Assembly (NCBI GenBank): GCA_903892035.1
Contig: CAITGV010000001.1
Span: 419,310-483,309 of the forward strand
Reading direction: 5' to 3'
Origin: an uncultured bacterium
Lineage (GTDB): Bacteria; Patescibacteriota; Minisyncoccia; Phycocordibacterales; UBA9973
DNA length: 64,000 nucleotides
The number at the start of each line of letters is the position of its first letter. Position 1 is the stretch's first letter. The notes under the pieces were generated by a model. That model searched no databases and was not told the DNA's origin. It was given only the letters and a program-made list of their open reading frames with translations. Shown here piece after piece: positions 1 through 9,965 of the stretch. The position numbers and the translations under genes are program-made.

Positions 1-1
1 A

Positions 2-793
2 TCTTTAGTTTTCAATGCAGATGGAGCAAAACTCTTTGAAGATATCACAAAAGCAAATATTGGAAAATCTGTAGCAATATTTTTAGATGGTTCACCAATT
101 TCTACTCCAGTTGTACGTGAAGCAATTTCTGGCGGTCAGGCACAAATTTCAGGAAGCTTCACTCCAGACGAAGCAAAACAACTTGTTGGTCGCCTAAACT
201 CAGGAGCTCTTCCAGTTCCAATATCTCTCATTTCAACTCAAACAATCGGTGCAACTCTTGGAGCAAAAGCAATCAATGCTGGCGTGAAAGCTGGAATCAT
301 TGGCCTTCTTGTTATCGCACTCTTTCTTATTTTTTGGTACCGTTTTCCTGGACTCATTGCTGTCATCGCACTTTCAATTTACATTGCAATAATGCTTGCA
401 TTGTTTAAGCTCTTCGGTGTCACTATCACAGCTCCTGGTATTGCTGGTTTTATTATTTCCATCGGTATTGCTGTGGATGCAAATGTTCTTATTTTCGAAC
501 GTATCAAAGAAGAAATTCGTTTGGGTCACAAAGTTGCAGATGGCGTTGCGCAAGGATTTTCTCGAGCGTGGTCATCTATTCGCGATTCCAACATTTCAAG
601 TTTCATTACAGCAATAATTCTTTTCTGGTTCGGAACATCTCTAATCAAAGGATTTGCTTTGACACTTATGATGGGAGTTTTGGTTTCAATGTTCTCAGCT
701 ATCACTGTCAGCCGAATATTTATTCGTGCAAGCAATTTCTGGAAAGAAGGTAAGGTCGCAAGATTTTTATTTAGTTCAGGTTTCAGCAAATAA
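2..793 (+). CDS. secD: Protein translocase subunit SecD, C-terminal part (5' end outside window)
   Basis: Frame open from the window edge. The translation (...FLDGSPISTPVVREAISGGQAQISGSFTPDEAKQLVGRLNSGALPVP...) and the C-terminal 6-TM bundle match SecD. secF follows immediately. Confidence 0.8.
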   Translation, partial: SLVFNADGAKLFEDITKANIGKSVAIFLDGSPISTPVVREAISGGQAQISGSFTPDEAKQLVGRLNSGALPVPISLISTQTIGATLGAKAINAGVKAGIIGLLVIALFLIFWYRFPGLIAVIALSIYIAIMLALFKLFGVTITAPGIAGFIISIGIAVDANVLIFERIKEEIRLGHKVADGVAQGFSRAWSSIRDSNISSFITAIILFWFGTSLIKGFALTLMMGVLVSMFSAITVSRIFIRASNFWKEGKVARFLFSSGFSK

Positions 794-798
794 ATTAT

Positions 799-1704
799 AT
801 GTTTATCATCAATCATAAAAAAATATTTATCGGAATTTCAGTTGCTCTTGTTTTGATTTCTGTAATTTTCATTTCAACTTTTGGTTTGAAATTGGGAATT
901 GATTTTAAGGGTGGAGCAATAATGGAAGTTGCTTATACTACCACAGCTCCAGATACAGTCACTTTACAAAATGCAATCAAGCCTCTTGACCTAGGTGGTG
1001 CATTGGTTCAGCCAACAGGGGACACAGGCTATATCATAAAGACTCGTGACCTTACAGAAACAGAAAGAAGTAATTTATTGAAAGCACTTTCTTTGGACAA
1101 TAAATATACGCTTGAAGAAAAGAGTTTTAACTCCATTGGTCCGTCAGTCGGAAGTGAATTAAAACGTAAAGCAATCATTGCTATCATTTTGGTTTCACTT
1201 GCTATCATTATTTTTATTGCTTTTGCTTTCCGAAAAGTTTCAAAACCAGTTTCATCTTGGAGATACGGTTTCATTGCTATTGTGACTTTGCTTCACGACG
1301 TAATGATTCCAATAGGAATTTTTACTGTGCTTTCGCATTTCTACGGCGCTGAAGTTGATACACTTTTCGTAGTCGCTGTGCTTACCGTACTTGGTCTCTC
1401 TGTTTCTGATACTATCGTTGTTTTCGATCGTATTCGAGAAAATTTGAAGAGCCACGTAGGAAAAGATTTTTCTGAAACAGTCGGAACAAGTATCAAACAA
1501 GTTTACACTCGATCAATAAATACATCTCTTACTGTTATTCTTGTACTCCTTTGTTTGTTCTTCTTTGGACCAGTAAGTACAAAATATTTCGCTCTTATGA
1601 TGACAGCCGGAATGTTTTTCGGAACGTATTCTTCAATTTTCCTAGCGAGTCCTTTACTCGTAGCTGTAGAAGGTTGGCAAAAAAATAAAACAAAAAAGAA
1701 GTAA
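799..1704 (+). CDS. secF: Protein translocase subunit SecF
   Basis: 301 aa with an N-terminal TM, the GIDFKGG motif and C-terminal TM bundle. Located directly downstream of secD. Confidence 0.85.
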   Translation: MFIINHKKIFIGISVALVLISVIFISTFGLKLGIDFKGGAIMEVAYTTTAPDTVTLQNAIKPLDLGGALVQPTGDTGYIIKTRDLTETERSNLLKALSLDNKYTLEEKSFNSIGPSVGSELKRKAIIAIILVSLAIIIFIAFAFRKVSKPVSSWRYGFIAIVTLLHDVMIPIGIFTVLSHFYGAEVDTLFVVAVLTVLGLSVSDTIVVFDRIRENLKSHVGKDFSETVGTSIKQVYTRSINTSLTVILVLLCLFFFGPVSTKYFALMMTAGMFFGTYSSIFLASPLLVAVEGWQKNKTKKK

Positions 1705-1725
1705 TTATTAATTAATAATTTATTT

Positions 1726-2721
1726 ATGAATAAAAAAAATTCGTTCATAGTGCTCGCAGTGGTTGTGGTAGCGCTTCTTGTGTGTGGAGTAACTGGTGTA
1801 TTTGCAAATTTTCAATCACCTAGTACAGTGCTTAAAAAAATGGCAGCAAATATGAGTAAGGTAAATGCCAAGACAGAAAATATCGATGCAGAACTTGCGA
1901 TGGATATTTCTACAGCTTCAAAAAAAGCTGGCGGAGCTCCAACGACAGTTAAACTTACTGGTTCATTTGTAGGCAAGGTTGATAGTAATGATGAAAAGAA
2001 TCCAAAAATGGATTCAGTACTTACTATAAATGTTACGAGTCCAGATTTTGGTGCAGTTAGCGGTACTTTTGATTTTAAAAGTATTGCTGATGCAACTTAT
2101 ATAAAAGTTGAAGATGCACATTTGCCAGCTTTTCTTCCAATAGATATTACTCCACTAAAAGGAGTATGGATGAAACTCGATACTGCAGATTTAAAGAAAT
2201 TACCTAGTGGAGCTGATTCGTTGGCAAGTAAAATTACACCAGAAGAAAAACAACAAGTTCTAGATTTATTTAAGGATCAAAAAATATTTACAAATTTAAC
2301 TCGTCTTCCAAGTGAAAAAATTGATGGAATAAATACTTTCCATTTCCAATTTGGAATTGATAAAGAAGCTTTAAAGGCGTTAATTTTGAAAATTACGGAA
2401 TTACAAAAGGCACATGCAAGTGCTACAGATAAAACACCAATTCCTACTGCTGATGAAATGAATAAAACTTTCGACGGTGTAACATTCAACAAAGGAGAAT
2501 TTTGGATTGGGAAAAATGATTATATGCCGTACAAAGCATCAATCGACTTTTCTATCGCAGATCCAAAGTCACCAGGAGATAGTGGTCACTTTGTTGTAAG
2601 TCTTTCTATGAAAGATTTTGGAAAGCCAGTAACAATTGAAGCTCCTACTGATGCAAAAGATTTCAAGACAGTTTTTGGAAACTTTATGGCGGGACTTGGA
2701 ATGGGCGCACCAACTAGATAA
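1726..2721 (+). CDS. Hypothetical membrane-anchored/secreted protein
   Basis: 331 aa with an N-terminal hydrophobic signal/anchor (IVLAVVVVALLVCGV). No recognisable catalytic motifs. Confidence 0.5.
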   Translation: MNKKNSFIVLAVVVVALLVCGVTGVFANFQSPSTVLKKMAANMSKVNAKTENIDAELAMDISTASKKAGGAPTTVKLTGSFVGKVDSNDEKNPKMDSVLTINVTSPDFGAVSGTFDFKSIADATYIKVEDAHLPAFLPIDITPLKGVWMKLDTADLKKLPSGADSLASKITPEEKQQVLDLFKDQKIFTNLTRLPSEKIDGINTFHFQFGIDKEALKALILKITELQKAHASATDKTPIPTADEMNKTFDGVTFNKGEFWIGKNDYMPYKASIDFSIADPKSPGDSGHFVVSLSMKDFGKPVTIEAPTDAKDFKTVFGNFMAGLGMGAPTR

Positions 2722-2734
2722 TAAAATATTTTTG

Positions 2735-2743
2735 TGGTATAAT
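2735..2743 (+). promoter_or_regulatory. Extended -10 box TGgTATAAT upstream of LemA gene
   Basis: TGGTATAAT lies ~50 nt upstream of the 2795 start codon, in an AT-rich spacer. Confidence 0.3.
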
Positions 2744-2794
2744 AGTGACACTGCTGTAAAAGGTAGTGTTACTATTAATTTATACTAAAAATAT

Positions 2795-3370
2795 ATGATG
2801 ATTCCACTTATAATTCTCGCAGTCTTAGTTCTCTATGTTATTTTTTCTTTCAATGGTCTGGTCACACTTCGCAATCGCGCAAAAGAAGCATGGGCAGATA
2901 TAGATGTTCAGCTTAAGCGCCGTTATGATTTGATTCCAAATTTGGTGAATACAATCAAAGGTTCAACAAATTTTGAACAAGAAACACTTACTCGTGTCGT
3001 AGAAGCTCGCGCAAAAGCAACTTCAATACAAGTTGATCCAAGTAAAGTAGATGCAAATACAATGAAAATGCTCTCTGCTTCACAGGGTGAACTTTCTAGT
3101 GCCCTTGGTCGCCTTATGGTTGTGTCTGAACAATATCCAGATTTAAAATCAAGTGCAAATTTCTTGGCTCTTCAAAACGAACTTTCAGATACAGAAAATA
3201 AAATTCAAGCTGCTCGCCGTTTTTACAATGGCAATGTTCGTGACCTAAACACAAAGACAGAAGTTTTCCCTTCAAATGTAATTGCAAATATGTTTAATTT
3301 TACAAAAATGGAATTCTTTGACCTCGGCACCGACGACGCAGCAAAGAATCCTGTCGAAGTTAAATTCTAA
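2795..3370 (+). CDS. LemA family protein
   Basis: N-terminal TM followed by the LTLRNRAKEAWADIDVQLKRRYDLIPNLV signature typical of LemA. Confidence 0.85.
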   Translation: MMIPLIILAVLVLYVIFSFNGLVTLRNRAKEAWADIDVQLKRRYDLIPNLVNTIKGSTNFEQETLTRVVEARAKATSIQVDPSKVDANTMKMLSASQGELSSALGRLMVVSEQYPDLKSSANFLALQNELSDTENKIQAARRFYNGNVRDLNTKTEVFPSNVIANMFNFTKMEFFDLGTDDAAKNPVEVKF

Positions 3371-3382
3371 TTAAAAAATTTT

Positions 3383-4147
3383 ATGGATATATTAATGTAT
3401 GTAATCATAGCAGCCGTAGTTATATTATTTAGTTCACTTCGTATTTTAAAAGAATACGAAAGGGGAGTTGTTTTCTTTTTGGGAAAAGCAACAGGTGTTC
3501 GCGGTCCGGGTCTTATAATTCTCGTTCCAATTTTTGAAAAGATGACCAGAGTGATGCTTCGCACAGTCACAATGAACATTCCATCACAGAAAATTATTAC
3601 CAAAGACAATGTGTCTATCGACATCGCTGCTGTAGCTTACTATCACGTCGTGGATTCAATGAAAGCTGTTATTTCTATCGAAGACGTTTACAGTGCAGTA
3701 AATCAAATTAGTCAGACGACAGTGCGAAATATTGTCGGACAATTTAGTCTAGATCAATTGCTTTCACAAACATCTGATATCAATACTCAAATTAAAAATG
3801 TCATCGATGCGCACACAGAGCCATGGGGAGCAGAGGTGACTGCTGTAGAAATAAAAGACATTACTCTTCCAGACAATATGCAACGTGCAATGGCTAAAGA
3901 AGCCGAAGCAGAGCGTGAACGTCGCGCGAAGATAGTCGCAGCAGAAGGTGAATTTCAAGCTGCAGTGAAGCTTGGAGAGGCTGCAGACATCATCTCACAG
4001 CACCCTGTCGCTCTTCAGCTTCGCACACTTCAGACAATGTCTGAAATTGCTACAGAAAAAAATTCAACAATTATTTTCCCTGCGCAATTTATGACTACAG
4101 TTCAAGAAGCAATGAAGATGATTAAAACAGATAATATAAATAAATAA
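3383..4147 (+). CDS. SPFH/Band 7 (stomatin/prohibitin-like) membrane protein
   Basis: N-terminal TM, a Band 7 core ([23 protein letters not shown]) and a C-terminal AEAERER coiled coil. Confidence 0.8.
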   Translation: MDILMYVIIAAVVILFSSLRILKEYERGVVFFLGKATGVRGPGLIILVPIFEKMTRVMLRTVTMNIPSQKIITKDNVSIDIAAVAYYHVVDSMKAVISIEDVYSAVNQISQTTVRNIVGQFSLDQLLSQTSDINTQIKNVIDAHTEPWGAEVTAVEIKDITLPDNMQRAMAKEAEAERERRAKIVAAEGEFQAAVKLGEAADIISQHPVALQLRTLQTMSEIATEKNSTIIFPAQFMTTVQEAMKMIKTDNINK

Positions 4148-4148
4148 T

Positions 4149-4640
4149 ATGAAAAATAATTCAAATAAAATAATAATAGGTTTGTTGGTTGTGGTAATAA
4201 TAATTCTTGCTTATGTGGCATTTAGTAGAAATGCGCAAGCACCAGAAAATGGTGAAAATAATGTGGCAATCACTCCACCAGTAAATGAAATAATGCCAAA
4301 AGATGGAGTGTTGGGAAATAAAGATGATTTAATTTCTTTTTCTACTTGGCCAGGTTCAAAAGTTTCAGGAATTTTGTCATACAGAGGAGTATTGCAAGGC
4401 GGGTACTTTTTTGAAGGAAATGTTGTAGTTAAAATATTAGATGCAAATAAAAATGTTTTAAAGACAAGCAATGCAGTTGCGAAAAGTGATTGGATGTCAT
4501 CTGGACCAGTAAATTTCGAAGGAAATATTGATTTTACAGGTCTTGCAAAAGGTCTAGGATTTATTGAAATTCATAATGACAATCCTTCTGGACTTCCACA
4601 AAATGATAAAAGTATTTTGATTCCAGTTGTTATACAGTAA
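4149..4640 (+). CDS. Hypothetical membrane-anchored protein (Ig-like/Gmad2-like C-terminal domain?)
   Basis: 163 aa with an N-terminal TM. The start codon abuts the stop of the upstream gene. Confidence 0.45.
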   Translation: MKNNSNKIIIGLLVVVIIILAYVAFSRNAQAPENGENNVAITPPVNEIMPKDGVLGNKDDLISFSTWPGSKVSGILSYRGVLQGGYFFEGNVVVKILDANKNVLKTSNAVAKSDWMSSGPVNFEGNIDFTGLAKGLGFIEIHNDNPSGLPQNDKSILIPVVIQ

Positions 4641-4644
4641 ATAA

Positions 4645-5538
4645 ATGGCGACGCTATATACTCACCAAAGTGAAAATGTGCACAAGACCTGGATGCTAAT
4701 GACCATGTTTTTTATCCTTACCATAGCGCTCGGTTGGGTATTTTCAATGTACTTTCATAATACTTTAATACTCGTCGTCTTTGTCGCAATTTCAGTAGTA
4801 ATGAATGTCGTATCGTATTGGTATTCAGACAAAGTTGTCATTAGTCTTTCTGGTGCGACTTCTGCCGATGGCGCTCAATATCTAGAGCTAAATCGTATTG
4901 TTGAAAATCTTTGCATTACTGCTGGACTTCCAAAACCAAAAGTCTATGTGATAGAGGATCCCGCTCCAAATGCTTTCGCAACAGGTAGAGATAAAAATCA
5001 CTCTGCTCTCGCTGTGACAACAGGGCTTCTTGAAATAATGGATAAAAATGAACTTGAGGGTGTCATTTCTCACGAGCTTTCGCATGTGGGAAATCGCGAT
5101 ATGCTTGTGTCCACTGTTGCCGTCGTTCTTGCAGGAACAATATCGATTGCTTCGCAATTTTTTCTTCGCTCTTTAATTTTTGGTGGTAGACGAAGTAATG
5201 ATAGGGAAGAAGGTGGTGGAGTTTTTATGATTGTCGGAATTGTTCTTGCAATTCTTGCGCCAATTTTTGCAATGCTTGCTCAGTTTGCAATTTCCCGCAA
5301 ACGTGAATTTCTCGCCGATGCTTCCGGCGCACTCCTTACTCGCTACCCCGAAGGCCTCGCTTCTGCTCTCGCGAAGCTCGGCAAATACAGCGCTCCAATG
5401 CAACGTCAGTCATCAGCCATCGCTCATCTCTACATCGCCGATCCCTCAGGTGGTGAAAAAATCCCATGGGCGACAAAACTTTTCATGACCCACCCGCCGA
5501 TAGCGGATAGAATTGCAGCATTGACTGGAAAACGGTAG
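4645..5538 (+). CDS. htpX: Zinc metalloprotease HtpX
   Basis: HEXXH motif (HELSHV) after two N-terminal TMs, plus C-terminal TMs. The architecture is typical of M48 HtpX. Confidence 0.85.
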   Translation: MATLYTHQSENVHKTWMLMTMFFILTIALGWVFSMYFHNTLILVVFVAISVVMNVVSYWYSDKVVISLSGATSADGAQYLELNRIVENLCITAGLPKPKVYVIEDPAPNAFATGRDKNHSALAVTTGLLEIMDKNELEGVISHELSHVGNRDMLVSTVAVVLAGTISIASQFFLRSLIFGGRRSNDREEGGGVFMIVGIVLAILAPIFAMLAQFAISRKREFLADASGALLTRYPEGLASALAKLGKYSAPMQRQSSAIAHLYIADPSGGEKIPWATKLFMTHPPIADRIAALTGKR

Positions 5539-5550
5539 TATAAAATATTT

Positions 5551-5638
5551 GGAGGATTCGCATAGCGGTCTAGTGCGCACGCTTGGAAAGCGTGTGTGGG
5601 TAAAACCACCAGGAGTTCGAATCTCCTATCCTCCGCCC
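5551..5638 (+). tRNA. tRNA-Ser (anticodon GGA)
   Basis: Acceptor stem GGAGGAT/ATCCTCC, anticodon loop cTTGGAaa, long variable arm, T-loop GGAGTTCGAATCTCC. Confidence 0.8.
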
Positions 5639-5671
5639 TCGCTTATAATAAGATATTGAACTAGAAAAATT

Positions 5672-6136
5672 ATGACCACATACAAACACACTCAAATTGG
5701 ATACCTGATGTTATTTATTACGCTAATTCTTTGTGTAATTTTTGGATGGATTTACATTTCTGCTTCAAATGAATTTCCGTCAATAAATTCGGGTCCAAAT
5801 TTTGTTTTTTCTACAATAATGGTATTGATATTATTTATTCTTATATCTTTCTCTACTCTCACTGTTTCACTCGATGAGAAAAATATCCGTATAAAATTTG
5901 GTTATGGAATTTTTAGCAGGAATTTTGAATTGAATCAAATAGCTTCAGCTCACGCAGTAAAAAATCATTGGTATTATGGATGGGGAATAAGATTTTGGCT
6001 TTGGCCAAAAATGTGGATTTATAATGTTTCAGGTTTTGATGCAGTTGAAATAATTATGAAAAACGGAAAAGTGTATCGCATAGGCATCGACACCCCAAAA
6101 GAACTCGAAACTGCACTTAAGAAATCTATACAATAA
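5672..6136 (+). CDS. Hypothetical integral membrane protein
   Basis: 154 aa with three predicted TM helices and no recognisable motifs. Confidence 0.45.
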   Translation: MTTYKHTQIGYLMLFITLILCVIFGWIYISASNEFPSINSGPNFVFSTIMVLILFILISFSTLTVSLDEKNIRIKFGYGIFSRNFELNQIASAHAVKNHWYYGWGIRFWLWPKMWIYNVSGFDAVEIIMKNGKVYRIGIDTPKELETALKKSIQ

Positions 6137-6176
6137 AAAAGAGCAAGCCATTTCTGACTTGCCCTTAATTTTTAAT

Positions 6177-6368
6177 TCAGTACCACCACATTAATGGAGT
6201 TCGATTTTGATTTTCAAGAAATGATTTCTTCTCCATCTCTTTTGTAAGTTTGATAAAGCAATATTTACAATATGGTAATGTTGCCTCTCTTTTTTTATCG
6301 ATACTGTCTTCCATTCTTGGGTAAACCCATTCATGTTTACTTGTTTGCGATTTTTTACATTCTTCCAT
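6177..6368 (-). CDS. Hypothetical small protein (63 aa)
   Basis: ORF only; contains a CKYC pair. Low coding confidence. Confidence 0.25.
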   Translation of the reverse strand: MEECKKSQTSKHEWVYPRMEDSIDKKREATLPYCKYCFIKLTKEMEKKSFLENQNRTPLMWWY

Positions 6369-6439
6369 TTTCTAATTTATTTAATTATTTATTTATATTT
6401 TTTTAAAGAACTTTTCCTACTAATGACGAAAAATAGTTT

Positions 6440-6475
6440 CTGAAGGTGAAAGTATTTCATTTCACCTTCAGTGCT
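6440..6475. terminator. Stem-loop terminator (12-bp stem CTGAAGGTGAAA/TTTCACCTTCAG)
   Basis: Perfect 12-bp inverted repeat with an 8-nt loop, located just downstream of the minus-strand ORF ending at 6485. Confidence 0.4.
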
Positions 6476-6484
6476 ATTTACCAC

Positions 6485-6718
6485 TTAGCAGTGATCACCG
6501 GAAGTATTTCCTAAATAAGGAACAACTTCTTTAATCACTACAACATTCATTTCTGAACCGGGACAAATTTTATCCCGTACATTTCTAAAATGAACATTTT
6601 CATCGCGATCTATAAAACTTGTTACTTTATGTTTAACAAATTTAAATAAACCACTTTTGTTTTCAGTTTCCTGAATTTCAACTCTTTGTCCACATTCTGG
6701 ACACTTATATTCCTTCAT
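6485..6718 (-). CDS. Small zinc-ribbon protein (77 aa)
   Basis: CPECG...CPG Cys pairs. Followed by a stem-loop. Confidence 0.4.
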   Translation of the reverse strand: MKEYKCPECGQRVEIQETENKSGLFKFVKHKVTSFIDRDENVHFRNVRDKICPGSEMNVVVIKEVVPYLGNTSGDHC

Positions 6719-6842
6719 TTTATTTTTTCCAGCGCTCGCGATAGCAAGCTTTCCCGTCCTTTGGCGGTTGATATACTGGATATTTTTTTAATGAACAAAT
6801 TAATTTTGTTTACGATTTTGAAATAGGTACGTAAACTTAAAA

Positions 6843-6874
6843 CCCCTTCGCCCGAGCGGGGAAGGGGTTTTCTT
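6843..6874. terminator. Bidirectional rho-independent terminator
   Basis: GC-rich hairpin AACCCCTTCGCCCGAGCGGGGAAGGGGTT flanked by an A-run on one side and a T-run on the other. Located immediately 3' of the minus-strand YerC-like gene. Confidence 0.6.
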
Positions 6875-6886
6875 CGAAATGTATAT

Positions 6887-7273
6887 TTACGAATACAAAG
6901 ACAACCCTTTCCCAGCTGGAGCGTGGATATGGGTATGATGCCCGCCTGCAGAAGTATTTCGGGCAGGTATGCGATTTAATACTAAGCGGTAGCCACCAAG
7001 AGGCCCTTTGAGCCACTTTGCAATGCGGGCGATAGTAGTAGAAGAAAGGCCAGTTTTGTCGCTTATAGAGCTGTATTGAGCGTCACGCGAGAGAAGGCGA
7101 GCGGCTTCGAGTCGATTGCCAAATTCATTGATTTCTTGGGGTGTCATAAGGTCGCGCATAAAAATCTTTGCTTCACCGGCATTTTTAAGAGAAAGAAGGG
7201 CGTCGACAAGTTGCCTTGCTTCTTTGCCATTCCAATTGATTTCTATAGTTTTTTTCTCGTTTTTATCTGACAT
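6887..7273 (-). CDS. TrpR-like YerC/YecD family DNA-binding protein
   Basis: 128 aa. The segment LLTPQEINEFGNRLEAARLL...GLSSTTIARIA has a Trp-repressor-like HTH characteristic of YerC/YecD. Confidence 0.7.
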   Translation of the reverse strand: MSDKNEKKTIEINWNGKEARQLVDALLSLKNAGEAKIFMRDLMTPQEINEFGNRLEAARLLSRDAQYSSISDKTGLSSTTIARIAKWLKGPLGGYRLVLNRIPARNTSAGGHHTHIHAPAGKGLSLYS

Positions 7274-7278
7274 ATCTC

Positions 7279-7306
7279 GACTTTAGCAAACTAAAGTACT
7301 TTAGTC
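7279..7306. promoter_or_regulatory. Candidate operator: perfect 16-bp palindrome ACTAAAGTACTTTAGT with an extra GACTTTAG half-site
   Basis: Lies in the divergent promoter region between the YerC/TrpR-like gene (-) and the GH18 gene (+). The perfect dyad is visible in the sequence. Confidence 0.4.
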
Positions 7307-7353
7307 AAGTAAAGTAGAAAGATACCTGTGGATAAATTGTTTTTAGCTAGTGA

Positions 7354-8457
7354 TTGGACTATAATATAAAGATGCCTCTACGTAAGACTTTTATCATATT
7401 TTCCCTAGTAATATTTTTTGCATTTGGGAATGTTGGATATACATTTGCAGATGTAAGTTTAAAGCCAGACGAAATGGTAAAGATTTTTTACTATGTGGAA
7501 ACAAATAGTGCTTATAAATCACTTAGAGATAATATTTCCAAGGTCTCAGTGGTGGCGCCTCAAGCATATTCAATAAATGCTTATGGTACTTTTTCTGGTT
7601 TACTTTCAAAACGATTGAAAAAACTTTTGGCCGACAATCCAAATGTGAAAGTGATGCCCCTAGTGATGAATAGCAATTTCAATCAAAACAGCGTTCATTT
7701 ATTTTTGAAAAATAATAAAGCAGAAGATTTGGCAATTAGTAAAATGGTGGCCTTTGCGCAAAAAAATAATTTTTCAGGTTTTCAATTAGACTTTGAACAT
7801 ATGAGTTTTTCAGATCGTGATGCTTATTCTACGTTTGTAGAAAAAGTTGGAAGTGCGTTTCATCAAAACAATCTTACTCTGTCTGTTGCCGTTGCTCCAA
7901 GGCAATCTGAAAAACCTGCAGATTATCCAAAAAATTCTTTTGCAAATTGGAGCGGAGTTTTTGATTATAAAAGAATAGGAGACGCGGCTGACTTCGTCAC
8001 GCTAATGGCTTACGATGAACCAAATGTAAATGGACCAGTGGCTTCAATTGGTTGGGTACGTCAGTCTGTGGATTATGTGCTCTCATTTATTGATGCAAAA
8101 AAAGTTTCTCTCGGGCTTCCGTTTTATGCGTGGACTTGGCATGAAAGTACAGGAAAACGAATCGCAATTTCTGGATGGAAAAATGTCGCAAATATTTTAG
8201 CAAAAAATAAAACAAAATCAGGTTGGGACAGTGAGCTTGGAACTTCATGGATTACTTACAATGGAGCACGAGGAAAATATAAAATTTGGTATGAAGATTA
8301 TAAAAGTTTTGATGCAAAATTGGCTTTAGTTCAAGAAAAAAAGTTGCAAGGTTTTTCGGCTTGGATGCTTGGTCTTGAGGATCCAAAAATTTGGACTGCG
8401 ATGGATTCTACAAATGTTGCGACATTTCCTATTGCACTCGCGGAAAACACTCGATAA
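7354..8457 (+). CDS. Glycoside hydrolase family 18 (chitinase/YaaH-like) secreted protein
   Basis: N-terminal signal/TM; a DxxDxDxE-type catalytic motif (FSGFQLDFEHM) and MAYDE motifs of GH18. Confidence 0.7.
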   Translation: MDYNIKMPLRKTFIIFSLVIFFAFGNVGYTFADVSLKPDEMVKIFYYVETNSAYKSLRDNISKVSVVAPQAYSINAYGTFSGLLSKRLKKLLADNPNVKVMPLVMNSNFNQNSVHLFLKNNKAEDLAISKMVAFAQKNNFSGFQLDFEHMSFSDRDAYSTFVEKVGSAFHQNNLTLSVAVAPRQSEKPADYPKNSFANWSGVFDYKRIGDAADFVTLMAYDEPNVNGPVASIGWVRQSVDYVLSFIDAKKVSLGLPFYAWTWHESTGKRIAISGWKNVANILAKNKTKSGWDSELGTSWITYNGARGKYKIWYEDYKSFDAKLALVQEKKLQGFSAWMLGLEDPKIWTAMDSTNVATFPIALAENTR

Positions 8458-8469
8458 TAGTATAATAGT

Positions 8470-9111
8470 TTGATGTATTTATTGGCCATTTTAAAAGGCA
8501 TTTTTGCAGGCTTTCTCATAAGCTTACCCACAGGTCCTGCTGCATTTCTTACAATAAAACGCACAATTTCAAGTGGTTTTAAGACCGGAATGGTTTCAGC
8601 TTTGGGTTGTATGGCATCGGATATGGCATACGGAAGTGTGGTTATTTTTGGACTTAGTTCAATAGCGCTTTTTATGTTGCATTGGCAACAACATATTCGT
8701 TTCGCTGGAGGAATATTATTGCTTTATGTCGGTATCACGACATATCACAGTATTAAAAGACAAGATTGGGGAAAGAAAATTCTCGGTAATAAAAATTTTG
8801 GAGATTTTGCTAGTGCTTTTTTTCTCACTGTTACAAATCCAATTCAAATTTTGACTTTCGCAATTGTCTTTGGAAGTGTCGGCGCAATTTCTGGAAGTCA
8901 TTTGATGTCTTCATTGTTTATCGGTGGATTACTTTTTGGTGCTTTGCTTTGGTGGATTATTACAAATGCTTTCATTTCAAAATATGCACGACACTGGAGT
9001 GAACATACTCAAACAATTATAAACAAAATTGCAGGAGCAGTAATAAGCATCACAGGTGTCGTGGCGCTTGTAAGTGTTATCTGTTACTTTATAAATACAC
9101 ATTGGAGATAA
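8470..9111 (+). CDS. LysE/RhtB family amino-acid exporter
   Basis: 213 aa with six TM helices and the N-terminal LxxGxFxGFLxSLPxGPA motif. Confidence 0.7.
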   Translation: MMYLLAILKGIFAGFLISLPTGPAAFLTIKRTISSGFKTGMVSALGCMASDMAYGSVVIFGLSSIALFMLHWQQHIRFAGGILLLYVGITTYHSIKRQDWGKKILGNKNFGDFASAFFLTVTNPIQILTFAIVFGSVGAISGSHLMSSLFIGGLLFGALLWWIITNAFISKYARHWSEHTQTIINKIAGAVISITGVVALVSVICYFINTHWR

Positions 9112-9112
9112 T

Positions 9113-9940
9113 ATGAAAAAACTAATAAATAATAAAGCAAAAATCGGAATATTTGATTCAGGGCTTGGGGGGCTTTTTACCATGAAGGCTATTGCAAAAG
9201 AATTGCCGGAATATGACTATGTGTATTTGGGAGATACAAAAAGACTTCCATACGGTTCTCGCTCTCACGAAGTCATTTACCAATTTCTCAAAGAAGGTGT
9301 AGATTTTCTTTTTTCAAAAGATTGCGCAATCATTATCGTTGCGTGCAATACGGCCTCAGCTGAAGCTTTGCGACAAATTCAAAAAGAATATTTACCAAAA
9401 GCGTATCCAGACAGAAAAGTTTTAGGTATGATCGTGCCAATGACAGAAGCATGTAATGAATTTAAAAATGTCGGTCTTGTGGCTACTGGTGCGACAATTG
9501 CTTCTGGTGCATACCCGCGCGAATTTAAAAAAAGAAATCCAAAAACAAAAATTATAGGTCTCGCTACTCCGCTTCTTGTACCAATAGTTGAATCAGGTGA
9601 GAAAAAATGGATTAAGCCAGTTCTTGCCGAATATATGAAATTTTTAAAAAATAAAAAAATTGATGCTTTACTTTTGGGTTGTACGCATTATGCAATTTTT
9701 AAAAAAGAATTTAGTGTATTGTTGCCCAAAGGTGTAACTATAATTTCTCAAGATGTTGTTGTTCCAAAAAAGGTAAAAAACTACCTTTCTCGCCATAAAG
9801 AAATTTCTGACATTCTTTCGTTTACTAAGCATGGCGGAAAAATGGAATTCTATGTTACAGACACAACTACAAATTTTCAAAAGATGGCAAACCTCTGGTT
9901 TGGCAAGAAAATATCTATAAAAAAAGTCGTTATCGAATAA
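9113..9940 (+). CDS. murI: Glutamate racemase MurI
   Basis: IGIFDSGLGGL, ACNTAS and GCTHY motifs (two catalytic Cys). Confidence 0.9.
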   Translation: MKKLINNKAKIGIFDSGLGGLFTMKAIAKELPEYDYVYLGDTKRLPYGSRSHEVIYQFLKEGVDFLFSKDCAIIIVACNTASAEALRQIQKEYLPKAYPDRKVLGMIVPMTEACNEFKNVGLVATGATIASGAYPREFKKRNPKTKIIGLATPLLVPIVESGEKKWIKPVLAEYMKFLKNKKIDALLLGCTHYAIFKKEFSVLLPKGVTIISQDVVVPKKVKNYLSRHKEISDILSFTKHGGKMEFYVTDTTTNFQKMANLWFGKKISIKKVVIE

Positions 9941-9965
9941 TTAACCCTTATGTTAAAATAGGCTT

